NCBI GenBank assembly: GCA_045660045.1
Contig: JAZRDB010000006.1
Location: 465-64,464 of the forward strand
Direction: 5' to 3'
Origin: Alphaproteobacteria bacterium
Lineage (GTDB): Bacteria > Pseudomonadota > Alphaproteobacteria > CAAHEQ01 > UBA3637
Length of the DNA stretch: 64,000 nt
The position numbers and the translations under genes were made by a program. How positions within the stretch are numbered: position 1 is the stretch's first letter; the number at the start of each line of letters is the position of its first letter. The notes under the pieces are model-generated. The model searched no databases. It saw nothing but the letters and a program-made list of their open reading frames with translations, and had not been told where the DNA came from. This document shows positions 43,844-53,380 of the stretch, piece by piece.

Positions 43844-45291
43844 AAAGGTTTCACTGGCGGTACAGGTGGCACCTTGCCGGCCAAGTGCAACTTGAAGTCT
43901 GGGTGGATACTTTCGGCCCAAGATTGGAATTTCTCTAATTCAAAGCCAGTCAACTGTGTGCTGGAAATTTTATTGTTTCCAAATGGATTGACCACTTTAC
44001 CATTTTTAATCACTTCAAAATGCAAGTGAGGGCCAGTTGAACGACCAGTGGTGCCAACATAGGCAATTACTTCGCCGCGTTTCACTTTGCTACCAACCTT
44101 TAAATCTTGTCGATAGCCATTTAAGTGGGCGTAAGCGGTTTGATATCCGCCCTTATGTCCAATACGAATATATTTGCCATAGGATCCTTTACGGCCGATA
44201 ATTTCAATGGTCCCATCTGCTGCCGCCATAACGGGCGTATTTTTGGGGGCTGCTAAATCAACACCTTTATGGAAAATTTCATACTGTAAAACAGGATGCC
44301 GCCGTTTGCCAAATGGGGAAGAAAGACGTGGACGAGCTTTAAGTGGACGTTTCATCAATGTCTTTTCGGTTGTGCGACCCTTGGCATCATAAAATGTACC
44401 ATTGTAAGCATACTTATGGATTGTCAGTTTTGAGGTTTTTAAGCCAATATACAAAGCTTGTTTGCTGCCGATTTCTAACCCGCCTTGGGTCACTTTGCCT
44501 TCCATGATAATATCAATTGTATCACCAGGTTTGATGTCGGTTGCAAAATCAAACTCCCCATCTAAAGCACCTGTAACTTGGTTGATGACATTGTTAGGCA
44601 CACCAGCTTTTTGTGCAGACCCAGAAAAGGTGCGTTCCACAATAACTTGGATATGTTCTTGTTTGCTTTCAACTTTTCCAGTTTGAGAAAACGTTACCCA
44701 CGAATTATCTTTCTCGCGCAAAACGGCCAAAGATTCATTTTCTTTTTGGCGCACGGACAGTCCCATTAATTGCCCTTCTAAATCATGAATAAACAAGAAA
44801 GTAAGACCAGGTCTTAGTGATTTTAAATCCAACACCAACTCCAATGCTTCCACAATTTCCATGCGTTCATTGGCAGGTACGTTTTGTTCGGACAACAAAC
44901 TGAGCAAACTATCACCTTTTACCATGGTTTTGGAAGTGGCTTTTAATTCACCCAAGACGGCGCGTTTTTCCAAATCATCAAAGGAGAGTTCTTGTTGTGC
45001 TTCAACTGGTTCATCTCCAAAATCCTCATGAATTTGTTCCGGCTCTGTTAAATCGGGCACTTCGATAGGTTCTGGTTCTTCTTCAAGTAGCTCTGGAATA
45101 ACTAATTCTGATTCTGGCTCTTTATTGACGGGGGTTAATACAAAAGGTAATGTTAGAAAACACAATAAGACAAGCAAAAAAACAATCAATATGAATTGTT
45201 TATTGATTGTGCCTAATCGCTCGCGCATTAAGCTCTGAGAGTCTTTTAAGCGCAAGGAAAGTGCCTGAATTTTATCTAGCAATCTGTTCAT
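43840..45291 (-). CDS. M23 family metallopeptidase (membrane-anchored)
   Basis: HKGVDLAAP ... GTTGRSTGPHLHFEV are the HxxxD and HxH motifs. There is an N-terminal TM helix. The ATG at 45291 is preferred over the TTG at 45321. Confidence 0.85.
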   Translation of the reverse strand: MNRLLDKIQALSLRLKDSQSLMRERLGTINKQFILIVFLLVLLCFLTLPFVLTPVNKEPESELVIPELLEEEPEPIEVPDLTEPEQIHEDFGDEPVEAQQELSFDDLEKRAVLGELKATSKTMVKGDSLLSLLSEQNVPANERMEIVEALELVLDLKSLRPGLTFLFIHDLEGQLMGLSVRQKENESLAVLREKDNSWVTFSQTGKVESKQEHIQVIVERTFSGSAQKAGVPNNVINQVTGALDGEFDFATDIKPGDTIDIIMEGKVTQGGLEIGSKQALYIGLKTSKLTIHKYAYNGTFYDAKGRTTEKTLMKRPLKARPRLSSPFGKRRHPVLQYEIFHKGVDLAAPKNTPVMAAADGTIEIIGRKGSYGKYIRIGHKGGYQTAYAHLNGYRQDLKVGSKVKRGEVIAYVGTTGRSTGPHLHFEVIKNGKVVNPFGNNKISSTQLTGFELEKFQSWAESIHPDFKLHLAGKVPPVPPVKPF

Positions 45292-45333
45292 GTCCTTTAT
45301 TGATGCCAAAAAATCGCACAAAAGTCAAGAGGG

Positions 45334-46284
45334 CTATTTTACAAGGAGAGATAGAATTTGAACAGCATTTTGAATAAAACCCGTTTGCAGGGGATCCTGC
45401 ATGAGCCAAAAAGACAGCGTATTTTTGTTAATTTCAATGTTTTGAATATATAATTTATCTTCGGCTAATAGGTCATGAGTACCAATGGGTTGAGAAGAAT
45501 CTAACAATTGACAAAAACTTTTTTGTTGGAATAAAGAGCGGACGCCATTCATGTAGGGTGTGTTTTGAAGCATGATTTGAATAAAAAAGACGCCACCTCT
45601 TAAGACTGGTGCAAAGCAGGTATGTATTTGAACGGGGCTTGGTAAAAAACATTTTAATTGATGATAAATAAGAGGCGTTATATCCTTAAAAAAATCAGGG
45701 ATTAAATTAAAAGCAAGCATAGGATAGATATTTGCCAGAGCAACGGGTGTTTGTGCAAAACAATGGCGCGTTTGTTGAATCAAAGGTTCAACCAACGTGG
45801 GTTGCGCATACCATGCTCCCATAACAGCTGTGGCTTGTGCTTGAATGAGATGATATCTTTCATGTATTGGTTTTAAACAGCGAGCCAAAGCAATAGTAGC
45901 AGAATTGGGGGCACACAGGCATTTGTGCCTAAGACAATGCAAATTGTTCCCATTTAATTCGGGAATAATACAGGCAGCTTTTTGAATCTTTCCGGTGCAG
46001 TCAATCAACCAATTGTTCCCATGTAAAAAATGATGGGGATAACGTTCGAATATACGAGGTTCACATAAAAACAAAATGTGGGGCTGTGTTAAATCAAACA
46101 AATCTAGCGCGCTGGAAACCAACGGTTGATTGTGATAAGAAATAGTGTTGCCCGCTTCTTGATGCAAATCCAAGGGCTGAATTAGTTCTGGGGGATAATC
46201 TTGCCTATCTAGCTCTGCTAAAATTTCTTTTCCAATGGGTGTTTTTGTCCCCAAAACAGCGATGGTATAATTTTTTTGTTTCAT
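45334..46284 (-). CDS. Aspartate-semialdehyde dehydrogenase (Asd/USG-1) homologue lacking catalytic residues
   Basis: Collinear with Asd (IIPELN, LAFNLIPDF, NAVQIL). PNCST reads PNSAT, the GHS His position reads GGV, and the GATGAVG NADP loop reads GTKTPIG. The ATG at 46284 is preferred. Confidence 0.6.
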   Translation of the reverse strand: MKQKNYTIAVLGTKTPIGKEILAELDRQDYPPELIQPLDLHQEAGNTISYHNQPLVSSALDLFDLTQPHILFLCEPRIFERYPHHFLHGNNWLIDCTGKIQKAACIIPELNGNNLHCLRHKCLCAPNSATIALARCLKPIHERYHLIQAQATAVMGAWYAQPTLVEPLIQQTRHCFAQTPVALANIYPMLAFNLIPDFFKDITPLIYHQLKCFLPSPVQIHTCFAPVLRGGVFFIQIMLQNTPYMNGVRSLFQQKSFCQLLDSSQPIGTHDLLAEDKLYIQNIEINKNTLSFWLMQDPLQTGFIQNAVQILSLLVK

Positions 46285-46382
46285 AATAAATAAATGGATT
46301 TTTAATGGTGAGTTTGGCAACTATTCTTTGGAATGTTGCATTTTTTTGTGGTTTGTGTTAGGATGCTCAAAAAGGAGAAAAA

Positions 46383-47261
46383 ATGACAGAACACATTTAT
46401 CAAAAAACAATTGCCCAAGTGATTGAGGCAGAAGGAGTCGGTTTACATTCCGGCAAACCCATCCATATGACATTGAAACCAGCGGCAGAAAATACAGGTA
46501 TTGTTTTTTATCGTACAGATGTAACGGATAAAGACAATAAAGTGCCAGCCAAATGGGATCATGTTGTGGATACACGTATGAATACATGTTTGGGTAACGC
46601 AGCGGGTGTTGTGATTTCTACTGTGGAACATTTTATGGGTGCGTTGTCGGGGCTAGGTATCACAAATTTAATCGTTGAGCTTTCTGGCCCGGAGGCTCCA
46701 TTGATGGATGGTTCTGCGCGTGATTTTGTGATGTTGATTGAACAAGCGGGAGTTGCGGTGCAAGCTGTTCCTGTAAAAGCAATTAAGGTCTTGAAGCCTG
46801 TGCATTTTGAGGATGGCAAGGGTACGAGTACAGATTTGGAGCCAGCGGAAAATGGTTTGACTTTTGATTTTGAAATTGATTTTCCACAAACAAAAGTCAT
46901 TGGGCATCAACAAATCAGTTTTAATTTAAACGAAACAGATTTTAAGCGCTTGATTGCCCCTGCGCGGACCTTTGGTTTTGCGGCTGAGGTGGAACAATTG
47001 CGCGCTATGGGGTTGGCTCAAGGAGCGACATTGGACAACGCGATTGCAATTCAAGGAGATTCCGTTTTGAATCCCAGCGGATTGCGTGATGCGAATGAAT
47101 TTGTGGAACACAAAGTGTTGGATGCCGTGGGTGATTTGTATGAGGCAGGCATGCCGATCATTGGACATTTCAAAGGTGTCAAATCTGGGCACTTCCACAA
47201 CAATCAATTGTTGCGTGCATTGTTTGCGGATCCAACAAATTATGAAATTATTGAATTATAA
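46383..47261 (+). CDS. lpxC: UDP-3-O-acyl-GlcNAc deacetylase
   Basis: QKTIA..GVGLHSGK, TVEHFMGAL, MDGSA, and HKVLDAVGDL motifs are present. Confidence 0.95.
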   Translation: MTEHIYQKTIAQVIEAEGVGLHSGKPIHMTLKPAAENTGIVFYRTDVTDKDNKVPAKWDHVVDTRMNTCLGNAAGVVISTVEHFMGALSGLGITNLIVELSGPEAPLMDGSARDFVMLIEQAGVAVQAVPVKAIKVLKPVHFEDGKGTSTDLEPAENGLTFDFEIDFPQTKVIGHQQISFNLNETDFKRLIAPARTFGFAAEVEQLRAMGLAQGATLDNAIAIQGDSVLNPSGLRDANEFVEHKVLDAVGDLYEAGMPIIGHFKGVKSGHFHNNQLLRALFADPTNYEIIEL

Positions 47262-47609
47262 CTGGTGAGAGCACAGTTTTTCGCCCGCCAAAATATGTGC
47301 ATGTAAATGGGGTACTTCTTGCCCAGAATCTTTGCCTGTGTTTAAAACAAGACGATAACCATTTTCAAGATTTAAAGTTTTGGTGGTGGCCAAAATACCT
47401 TTTAAAAAACCATCAATTTCGGCTTGTGGTGCGTGATCTAATAGATCTTGAAAATCTATATAAGCTCCTTTTGGAATCACAAGCACATGAATTTTAGCTT
47501 TGGGATTGATGTCTTTAAAGGCCAATACATAATCGTCCTCATAGACAGTTGTATTTGGAATTTCGTGACGTAAAATTTTAGCAAAGACATTGTTGGAATC
47601 GTAAGACAT
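47256..47609 (-). CDS. HIT family protein (histidine triad nucleotide-binding)
   Basis: The HLHAHIL triad is present; 117 aa. Confidence 0.9.
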   Translation of the reverse strand: MSYDSNNVFAKILRHEIPNTTVYEDDYVLAFKDINPKAKIHVLVIPKGAYIDFQDLLDHAPQAEIDGFLKGILATTKTLNLENGYRLVLNTGKDSGQEVPHLHAHILAGEKLCSHQL

Positions 47610-47683
47610 TTTTGAACTCCTTGTTTAAGGTTTTTTCTTGCAATTTTGTTTGATTTCATTAGAATATAAAAAAAAGGTAGGGA

Positions 47684-48748
47684 ATGCAAATGAAAAATTT
47701 TCTTAAAATGGTGAGTATTTGTTGTTTAACATTATGTGGAACAACGGCTAATGCTAATCTGTATCGGGTTGCGAACGTGCCTGTTGTGGCGGAACGTTCT
47801 TCAGCATTGGAAGCAAAAGAAGCTGCGTTGGCGGAAGGTCAAGTTGTGGCCTTCAAACGCTTGATCGCTCGTTTATCGCCACAAAGTGTGGGACAATTGC
47901 CACAAATGACTGAAGAAACAGTCTTGCCGTATGTGTTGGGTGTATCCATTGAAAATGAAAAAACAACGGTAACGAAATATATGGGAAGTATTGCAGTGGA
48001 ATTTAATCCATCGGCCGTAAAGGAGTTTTTAAACGCAGAACAGGTTACCTATTTAAAAACGCAAGCGCCAAGTTTGTTGGTCATTCCTGAATATGTAGTA
48101 AATGGTCAAACACAAACTTTGGAAAGCACAAATCCTTTGTATCAGGCATTAAAAGAGAAGAAAGATTTTGCGCCATTTTATCAAGCTGTTGTTCCGAATG
48201 GAACGGATGAAGAATTAAATTTAATACGGGGCAGTATTGGGGGTGCGACCGCACTATTGCCGAATTACAAAAAGGATCGTGTGATGGTTTTGCGTTTAAC
48301 CTATGAAGGGGATGACATGTGGCAAATCGGATCCAGTTTTTCCCCCGCTTCGGGCATGCAAAATCAAGTTGTTCAAAAACGTTTTCGTTTCGGAAACGGA
48401 GATCAAAAAATGGCGGCAGGCCAAATGGCTGATGCTGTATTTAAAGAAATGGAGGGACGTTGGCGTGCCGATCGAACTACAAGTTTTTCAGATAAACAGA
48501 CACTTTATCTCAGGATTCCTGTGAATTCATTGCCGGAGTGGTTGCGTTTGGAACAAGAAATGAAAACATGGAGTTTTTTTGAAGATGTCGCATTGAAGGG
48601 GCTGTATTTACCTCAAATTTTGGTTGAAGCTACGTATAAAGGAGATGAAGATGTTATCGCTGCACGCTTGCGTGAAATGGGATGGCAAATGGAAAAAGAT
48701 TTCTCGGGCAATGGGGCAACATTAAAACGGATGAACAGCTATGAATAA
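47684..48748 (+). CDS. Secreted hypothetical protein (possibly DUF2066-like)
   Basis: Signal peptide ...CGTTANA|NLY. The position upstream of perM-hdaA resembles synteny I recall for DUF2066, but the family assignment is untested. Confidence 0.4.
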   Translation: MQMKNFLKMVSICCLTLCGTTANANLYRVANVPVVAERSSALEAKEAALAEGQVVAFKRLIARLSPQSVGQLPQMTEETVLPYVLGVSIENEKTTVTKYMGSIAVEFNPSAVKEFLNAEQVTYLKTQAPSLLVIPEYVVNGQTQTLESTNPLYQALKEKKDFAPFYQAVVPNGTDEELNLIRGSIGGATALLPNYKKDRVMVLRLTYEGDDMWQIGSSFSPASGMQNQVVQKRFRFGNGDQKMAAGQMADAVFKEMEGRWRADRTTSFSDKQTLYLRIPVNSLPEWLRLEQEMKTWSFFEDVALKGLYLPQILVEATYKGDEDVIAARLREMGWQMEKDFSGNGATLKRMNSYE

Positions 48749-49787
48749 AAACATATGGATTTTGTTGGGGCTTATTGCCCTTGGTTGGTTGATTTATCAA
48801 ATCAGTGGTATTTTGTTACCATTTGTATTGGCCTTTATTTTGGCATACGCGTTGAATCCTGTGGCAAACAAGATGGAGGGAAAAATGTCACGCGGCATGG
48901 CCTCTGGGACATTGGTTATAGCTGTTTTAATTGCGGCCGTTTCATTGGTTTTGATTGTGGCGCCGATTTTGCAATCTCAGGTCATGGATTTCACATTGCG
49001 TATTCCCAAGTTGGTTAATCTGGTTTGGGATAAATTAAAAGATGTTTTGACCTATGGCCGTGAAAATATGACAGAGCAACAACTGTATCAATTGTCCGAT
49101 TCGGTGTCAGGGACGGCATTGAATGTTTTTCAAGGTTTAGGATCGGCTTTAATGCGAATAATTTCGGGCGGTATGGCTGTATTTAGTTTGGTGTCGCTTT
49201 TGCTTATTACACCAGTTGTGTTGTTTTATTTGATGCGTGATTGGCCCCATGTGTCACGAAATATAAAGGAGATGATTCCCATGAAAAAAAGAACTGCTGC
49301 AGAAAATTTAATGAAAGAAATCAATACAACCTTGGCCGGTTTTATTCGTGGTCAGGCGAGCGTATGTTTGATTTTGGCAATTTATTATGCCACAGCACTC
49401 TCTTTAATTGGTGTTGAAATGGGGGCTCTTGTGGGTATTTTGACGGGTGTGATGATTTTTATTCCGTACATTGGTTATGGTATTGGTTTAATTTTAAGTG
49501 TCTTATTGGGATTGTTGCAAGGATTGACCATGACACAATGGCTTTGTTTGGGTGGTGTGTTCTTGGTTGGCCAAATTGCAGAAGGTTATTTCTTGACCCC
49601 ATACTTGGTGGGCAAGCGTGTTGGTTTGCACCCCGTTTGGATTATCTTTGTTTTGTTGGCTGGTGGTATGGTTGCAGGCTTCTTGGGGGTTTTGTTGGCT
49701 GTTCCTTTTGCGGCTGTGTTGGGCGTTTTGATTCGCCATTTGATTAAATGGTATCAAGCAAGTGATTTTTACAAGGGGAATAAATGA
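48741..49787 (+). CDS. AI-2E family transporter (PerM-like)
   Basis: Polytopic membrane protein with the family-typical GQIAEGYFLTPYLVGKRVGLHP segment. Confidence 0.85.
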   Translation: MNKNIWILLGLIALGWLIYQISGILLPFVLAFILAYALNPVANKMEGKMSRGMASGTLVIAVLIAAVSLVLIVAPILQSQVMDFTLRIPKLVNLVWDKLKDVLTYGRENMTEQQLYQLSDSVSGTALNVFQGLGSALMRIISGGMAVFSLVSLLLITPVVLFYLMRDWPHVSRNIKEMIPMKKRTAAENLMKEINTTLAGFIRGQASVCLILAIYYATALSLIGVEMGALVGILTGVMIFIPYIGYGIGLILSVLLGLLQGLTMTQWLCLGGVFLVGQIAEGYFLTPYLVGKRVGLHPVWIIFVLLAGGMVAGFLGVLLAVPFAAVLGVLIRHLIKWYQASDFYKGNK

Positions 49788-50437
49788 CCGAACAATTGGC
49801 TCTTGATTTTCCAACTCGTCAAGCATATGGTCGCTCAAATTTTTGGGTGGCTCCTTGTAATCAAGAGGCAATTGCATGGATTGATAAATATCCGAACTGG
49901 CCAACACATGCTCTGGTTATTTATGGAGAAGCTGGATCAGGTAAAACACATCTATCAGCAATTTTTTCGGACGAACGCATTGAGGCCAAAGATTTGACGG
50001 AAGAATTTATGCCACAAACGCAGAAAGTTGTCGTTGAAAATTTGGAAGAGTTGCGCGATGAAAAGGCCTTGTTTCATTTGTTTAATCGGATGAATGAAAT
50101 GAATGGTGGTTTATTGATGACGGCTCGAAAAATACCAAACTTTCTTTTGCCAGATTTGCAATCAAGAATTGGTATGACTCCCAAAGCAGAAATTAAAATG
50201 CCAGATGACGATACGCTGATGTCGATATGTGCCAAAATGTTCGCGGATAAACAAGCCATTGTAGAGCCTGCGGTTTTGATGTATATTGTAACGCGGGTGC
50301 CGCGTTCATTTGATGCGGTACGCAAGGTTGTGAATACGGTGGATGAATTGTCTTTAGCTCAAGGGCGACGTATCACAATTTATTTGGTGAAAGATGCAAT
50401 TGAAAAACTCACACAAAACGGAGGGTTTGATGGTTAA
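49784..50437 (+). CDS. hdaA: DnaA regulatory inactivator HdaA
   Basis: QLALDF N-terminus (clamp-binding-like) and Walker A GEAGSGKTHL. Size is about 217 aa, with an ATGA overlap with the upstream gene. Confidence 0.8.
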   Translation: MTEQLALDFPTRQAYGRSNFWVAPCNQEAIAWIDKYPNWPTHALVIYGEAGSGKTHLSAIFSDERIEAKDLTEEFMPQTQKVVVENLEELRDEKALFHLFNRMNEMNGGLLMTARKIPNFLLPDLQSRIGMTPKAEIKMPDDDTLMSICAKMFADKQAIVEPAVLMYIVTRVPRSFDAVRKVVNTVDELSLAQGRRITIYLVKDAIEKLTQNGGFDG

Positions 50438-52637
50438 AAAAAAGAAAAAAGTTAAAATGCCGTTTTGGATAAAGGGCAGTGTTTGGATTGTTATCGGTTT
50501 ATTAATTGGTTTAAGTTTAATCAGTTATCATAAATGGGACGCATCATGGAATACGGCCTCCAGTTTGCCAACAGCCAATTGGCTTAGCGCACCTGGTGCG
50601 TGGATAGCCGATGCATTATTACAGGCGTTTGGAGGAGTGGCAATTCTTTTCCCAATTGTGTGTTTTATCTTTGGGATTTTTGTCTTTTTGAAAAAAGAGC
50701 ATATGCGTTGGCGTGTTTTTGGATTGTTGTTTGCCAGTATTGTGGCTTGTTGGTTGTTGGCAGGTGTTCATATGCAAGCCTCAGATTTGTTTAAGGCTGG
50801 TTGGGGTGGTTTTGTCGGTTGTTATATTGCCGCATGGTATGTTCCGTCTAAGGCAGTTATGGTTTTGGCATGGATGGTTGTGGCGGCTTTGGTTGTTTTT
50901 ACGTTGAAATTACCCGTTGTGAAGATGGGAGCTTTAACGGGAGCCGGTCTTTTGTGGAGTATGAAGAAGGTGCCTGTGAAAGTGCCTGAAAAAATTAAAA
51001 AGCCATTTAAAGCAATATATGTGAAAGCCCAGGTAAATAAGATTAAAAAATCGGCACCAAAAGAAAAATTAAAAGCAACAGCTGTCCATAAAAAGAAAGC
51101 CGATATCATGGCGGATTTGAACGAGGAAAGTACATACGAATTACCATCAAGCACGTTGTTGGCGCCAGTCAAAGAATCTTCTGGTCCTGTGCTAAGTAAG
51201 GAAATGATGGCTCATTATTCCGAAAAATTGGAAAATGTTTTGCGTGAATTCCAAGTACAAGGGAAAATTACCAAAGTGGCTCCCGGACCCGTAGTAACAT
51301 TATATTCATTTGAACCAGCTTCTGGTGTGAAAGTGTCGCGCGTGATTTCTTTGGCGGAAGATGTGGCTCGTGAAATGGAAGTGCAGTCCGTTCGGATGGC
51401 TGTGATTCCTGGAACTAATGCTATTGGTATCGAGATGCCTAATAAATCGCGTGAAACAGTTTATGTGCGCGAAATGATTGAGCAACCTTCTTTCCAAGAA
51501 CATACGGGTTCCTTGCCAATTATTTTGGGTAAAGATATTGGGGGGCATCCTGTGTACGCAGATTTGGCAAAAATGCCACATTTGTTGGTGGCGGGTACAA
51601 CTGGTTCTGGTAAGTCGGTAGGTATTAATACAATGATTTTGTCTTTGTTGTATCGCTTTACGCCAGAACAATGCCGTTTGATTTTGGTGGATCCAAAGAT
51701 GGTGGAATTGTCTGTTTATAATGGAATTCCTCATTTGTTGACGCCTGTGGTGACAGAGCCACAAAAGGCTTTGATGGCGCTTAAATGGGCAGTGCATGAA
51801 ATGGAAGATCGTTACCGGTCTATGAGTCAATTGGGCGTTAGAAATATCATCGGTTTCAATGAGAAACTAAAACAGGCCAAGGCTGAAGGAATTGAGTTAA
51901 AACGCCGTGTGCAGACGGGTTTTGACGCTGCAACAGGTGAGCCAATTATGGAAGATAAACCATTTGATTTAACGCCATTGCCATATATCGTCTTTATTAT
52001 TGATGAGATGGCCGATTTGATGGGGCAATGTGGTAAAGAAGCAGATCCATTGATTCAACGTTTAGCACAAATGGCGCGTGCGGTGGGTATCCACTTGATT
52101 TTGGCTACGCAACGTCCATCTGTGGATGTGATTACGGGTACAATTAAATCCAATTTCCCGTCGCGTATTTCTTTCCAAGTGCGCAACAAAATTGACTCAC
52201 GTACAATTTTGGATGAACAGGGGGCTGAACAATTGTTGGGACGTGGGGACATGCTATATATGCCCGCAGGCAACAAGCCGACTCGTGTGCATGGACCATT
52301 TGTGTCAGACGATGATGTGTTGGCGGTTGTAAAACATTGGTCGCATCAGGGAAGCCCGGAGTATGTGGATGCGGTTGTATCTGAGTCGGCGAATATGGCA
52401 GGTGGTGCTTTTGGGGGCGCAGGAAACAGCGGTGATGAGCTTTATGATAAAGCTGTCCAGATTGTGTTGCGTGACAAAAAACCAACAACCAGTTATATTC
52501 AACGGCGCTTGTCTATCGGCTATAATAAGGCCGCTGATTTGATCGATCGGATGGAGGCTGAGGGTATTATTTCGGCTCCAAATGTGGCAGGTAAACGAGA
52601 AATTTTGGCTCCTAACGCTGGTGGAGGCGAAGGATGA
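50430..52637 (+). CDS. ftsK: DNA translocase FtsK
   Basis: N-terminal TM helices, motor domain (GTTGSGKSVGIN, ATQRPSVDVITG), and gamma domain (IQRRLSIGYNKAADLIDRME). The ATG at 50430 sits behind ggaggg. Confidence 0.95.
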   Translation: MVKKKKKVKMPFWIKGSVWIVIGLLIGLSLISYHKWDASWNTASSLPTANWLSAPGAWIADALLQAFGGVAILFPIVCFIFGIFVFLKKEHMRWRVFGLLFASIVACWLLAGVHMQASDLFKAGWGGFVGCYIAAWYVPSKAVMVLAWMVVAALVVFTLKLPVVKMGALTGAGLLWSMKKVPVKVPEKIKKPFKAIYVKAQVNKIKKSAPKEKLKATAVHKKKADIMADLNEESTYELPSSTLLAPVKESSGPVLSKEMMAHYSEKLENVLREFQVQGKITKVAPGPVVTLYSFEPASGVKVSRVISLAEDVAREMEVQSVRMAVIPGTNAIGIEMPNKSRETVYVREMIEQPSFQEHTGSLPIILGKDIGGHPVYADLAKMPHLLVAGTTGSGKSVGINTMILSLLYRFTPEQCRLILVDPKMVELSVYNGIPHLLTPVVTEPQKALMALKWAVHEMEDRYRSMSQLGVRNIIGFNEKLKQAKAEGIELKRRVQTGFDAATGEPIMEDKPFDLTPLPYIVFIIDEMADLMGQCGKEADPLIQRLAQMARAVGIHLILATQRPSVDVITGTIKSNFPSRISFQVRNKIDSRTILDEQGAEQLLGRGDMLYMPAGNKPTRVHGPFVSDDDVLAVVKHWSHQGSPEYVDAVVSESANMAGGAFGGAGNSGDELYDKAVQIVLRDKKPTTSYIQRRLSIGYNKAADLIDRMEAEGIISAPNVAGKREILAPNAGGGEG

Positions 52638-53380
52638 AATGGGCACTTGTCTTGGGTGTATTGTGTATGTCTGTCGCCGCTAGAGCCGTCGATTGTCCGG
52701 AAGCTTTCCCCCTAAAAAGTGCTGATGGCAATTGTTATTCTTGTTATGACGATCGGTTTAATATACGTGTTTTAACTCCTGCCGATTGTACCGTATGTGA
52801 AAATAGAGAACTAGGAAAATATTACATTGACACTATTTCTGTTGGATTGGGGTGCCATAAAAAATGTCCCGATGAAGCCCCTATGGTGAATAGCAAAATG
52901 GATGGATGTTATGGGTGCGATACATCAGTTGTGGCTGTATCCCAAAATGAATGTACAAAATGTTTTAACAGAGAATTTGATAAAGGTCGTTGTTGGTTTA
53001 AAGACGAATCACAAGAGGCTACGGTGTGGAGATATTTAGCGCAAACAGGGAAGTGTCTTGATTGGTGTGAAGAAGAATTGGTTCTTGGAGAGTGTAATGA
53101 TTTATCCTCTCATGTATCAAGGCCAAAGGATTGTGGGAGCTGTTCTAATCGGATAATGGTTGGTAAATATTGTGCATTAAAGAAATGTCCAGACGATACC
53201 ATTCGCTCGAAGATTGGGGGGTGTTGGAGTTGTAATGATGAAATAATAAAACGTTTGGGCACTTCCGAGATTTTTCCTTCAAATCCAGAAAATACACCTG
53301 AATTTTCAAAAGAAGAGTGTCAAAAGTGTCCAGATTTGATTTATAAAAATGGTGTTTGTATAACAAGGAGTAAACGATGA
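52634..53380 (+). CDS. Secreted cysteine-rich CxxC-repeat protein (248 aa, about 25 Cys); function unknown
   Basis: Signal peptide MKWALVLGVLCMSVAARA. About four repeats of CxxC ... (D/E)CxxCxNR ... CxxxCP(D)(D/E). ATGA overlaps occur at both ends, with ftsK and with lolA. Confidence 0.75.
   Translation: MKWALVLGVLCMSVAARAVDCPEAFPLKSADGNCYSCYDDRFNIRVLTPADCTVCENRELGKYYIDTISVGLGCHKKCPDEAPMVNSKMDGCYGCDTSVVAVSQNECTKCFNREFDKGRCWFKDESQEATVWRYLAQTGKCLDWCEEELVLGECNDLSSHVSRPKDCGSCSNRIMVGKYCALKKCPDDTIRSKIGGCWSCNDEIIKRLGTSEIFPSNPENTPEFSKEECQKCPDLIYKNGVCITRSKR

Noticed and set aside
46321-46587. 88-aa minus-strand ORF overlapping the lpxC start
   Set aside because: It is antisense to lpxC. The Asd-like gene is better started at 46284, leaving a normal 98-nt divergent promoter region.
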